From NCBI RefSeq assembly GCF_036321535.1, contig NC_087437.1, forward strand, positions 85,934,001 to 85,998,000: a DNA stretch of 64,000 nt, written 5' to 3'. Of this stretch, positions 63,632 through 64,000 are shown one piece after another. The position numbers were made by a program, and so were the translations under genes. The stretch's first letter is position 1. Each line of letters begins with the position of its first letter. Below the pieces are notes generated by a model that worked only from the letters and a program-made list of their open reading frames with translations, searched no databases and was not told where the DNA came from. The stretch is from Camelus dromedarius. Taxonomy: Eukaryota.

Positions 63632-64000
63632 TGTGGATGGTTGTTATTTTTGCTACCTATAAACATTCCCCTCCCCTTACTGAGTAGACTTTTGTGTTTC
63701 CAACTGAACTGCCAAGTACAGTGGCCTGTTATTTTAGCCAAAGAATGGAACACATCACCCCCACATAGCTGTACCTCATCCTCCTGGCCCAGAGATTATT
63801 CCAGGGATGGTTCCATGGCTCTCTTAGTCCAACAGGAGTCTCTCCTTAGTATTTTTCTAAATGGATATTTTGGAGAAAATTCCCCTCTCCTGTCTGATCT
63901 TTGATCTGGAGAAATCTTTTAATATAGAAGAATTTAAAAGACTGGAGCCTACATCCACAGAAAGGTAGAAACAAAATTCTAAGAGAAAGAAGCCTGGCAA
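63632..64000 (+). mobile_element. Old MaLR LTR 5' part (MLT1J/K-like), runs off the window
   Basis: tgtggatggttgtt...cattcccctcccctt...gattattccagggatgg..catg...gtccaa. Confidence 0.5.

Overview
This is AT-rich, CpG-poor mammalian DNA, almost certainly from a camelid (alpaca, llama or camel). The assignment rests on a vic-1-type tRNA-derived SINE, several copies of one lineage-specific LINE-1 3' end, and no visible ruminant Bov-A/BovB or pig PRE-1 elements. I recognise no protein-coding exon of a named gene. Every ORF in the track with recognisable homology is a broken LINE-1 piece; the rest are chance or microsatellite ORFs. A large part of the window is transposable-element debris: young and old L1, HAL1, L2, MIR, MaLR/ERVL/ERV1 solo LTRs, hAT MITEs (MER5/20/58/102) and a Tigger-type element. 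Several insertions keep readable target-site duplications and nested histories. L1s and LTRs lie mostly on the + strand, which suggests the window is inside a very large gene transcribed on the - strand. Several well-formed minus-strand splice-site pairs, including a 6-nt and a 20-nt microexon candidate, fit that idea but are unproven. I found no support for a new multi-gene biological system. The best leads are the microexon candidates, an L1-retroposed ERV transcript end, a SINE-L1 junction, a tailless L1 nested three deep, and template-switch scars. Repeat family names come from recalled consensus sequences and need RepeatMasker/Dfam confirmation; boundaries of old elements are approximate.
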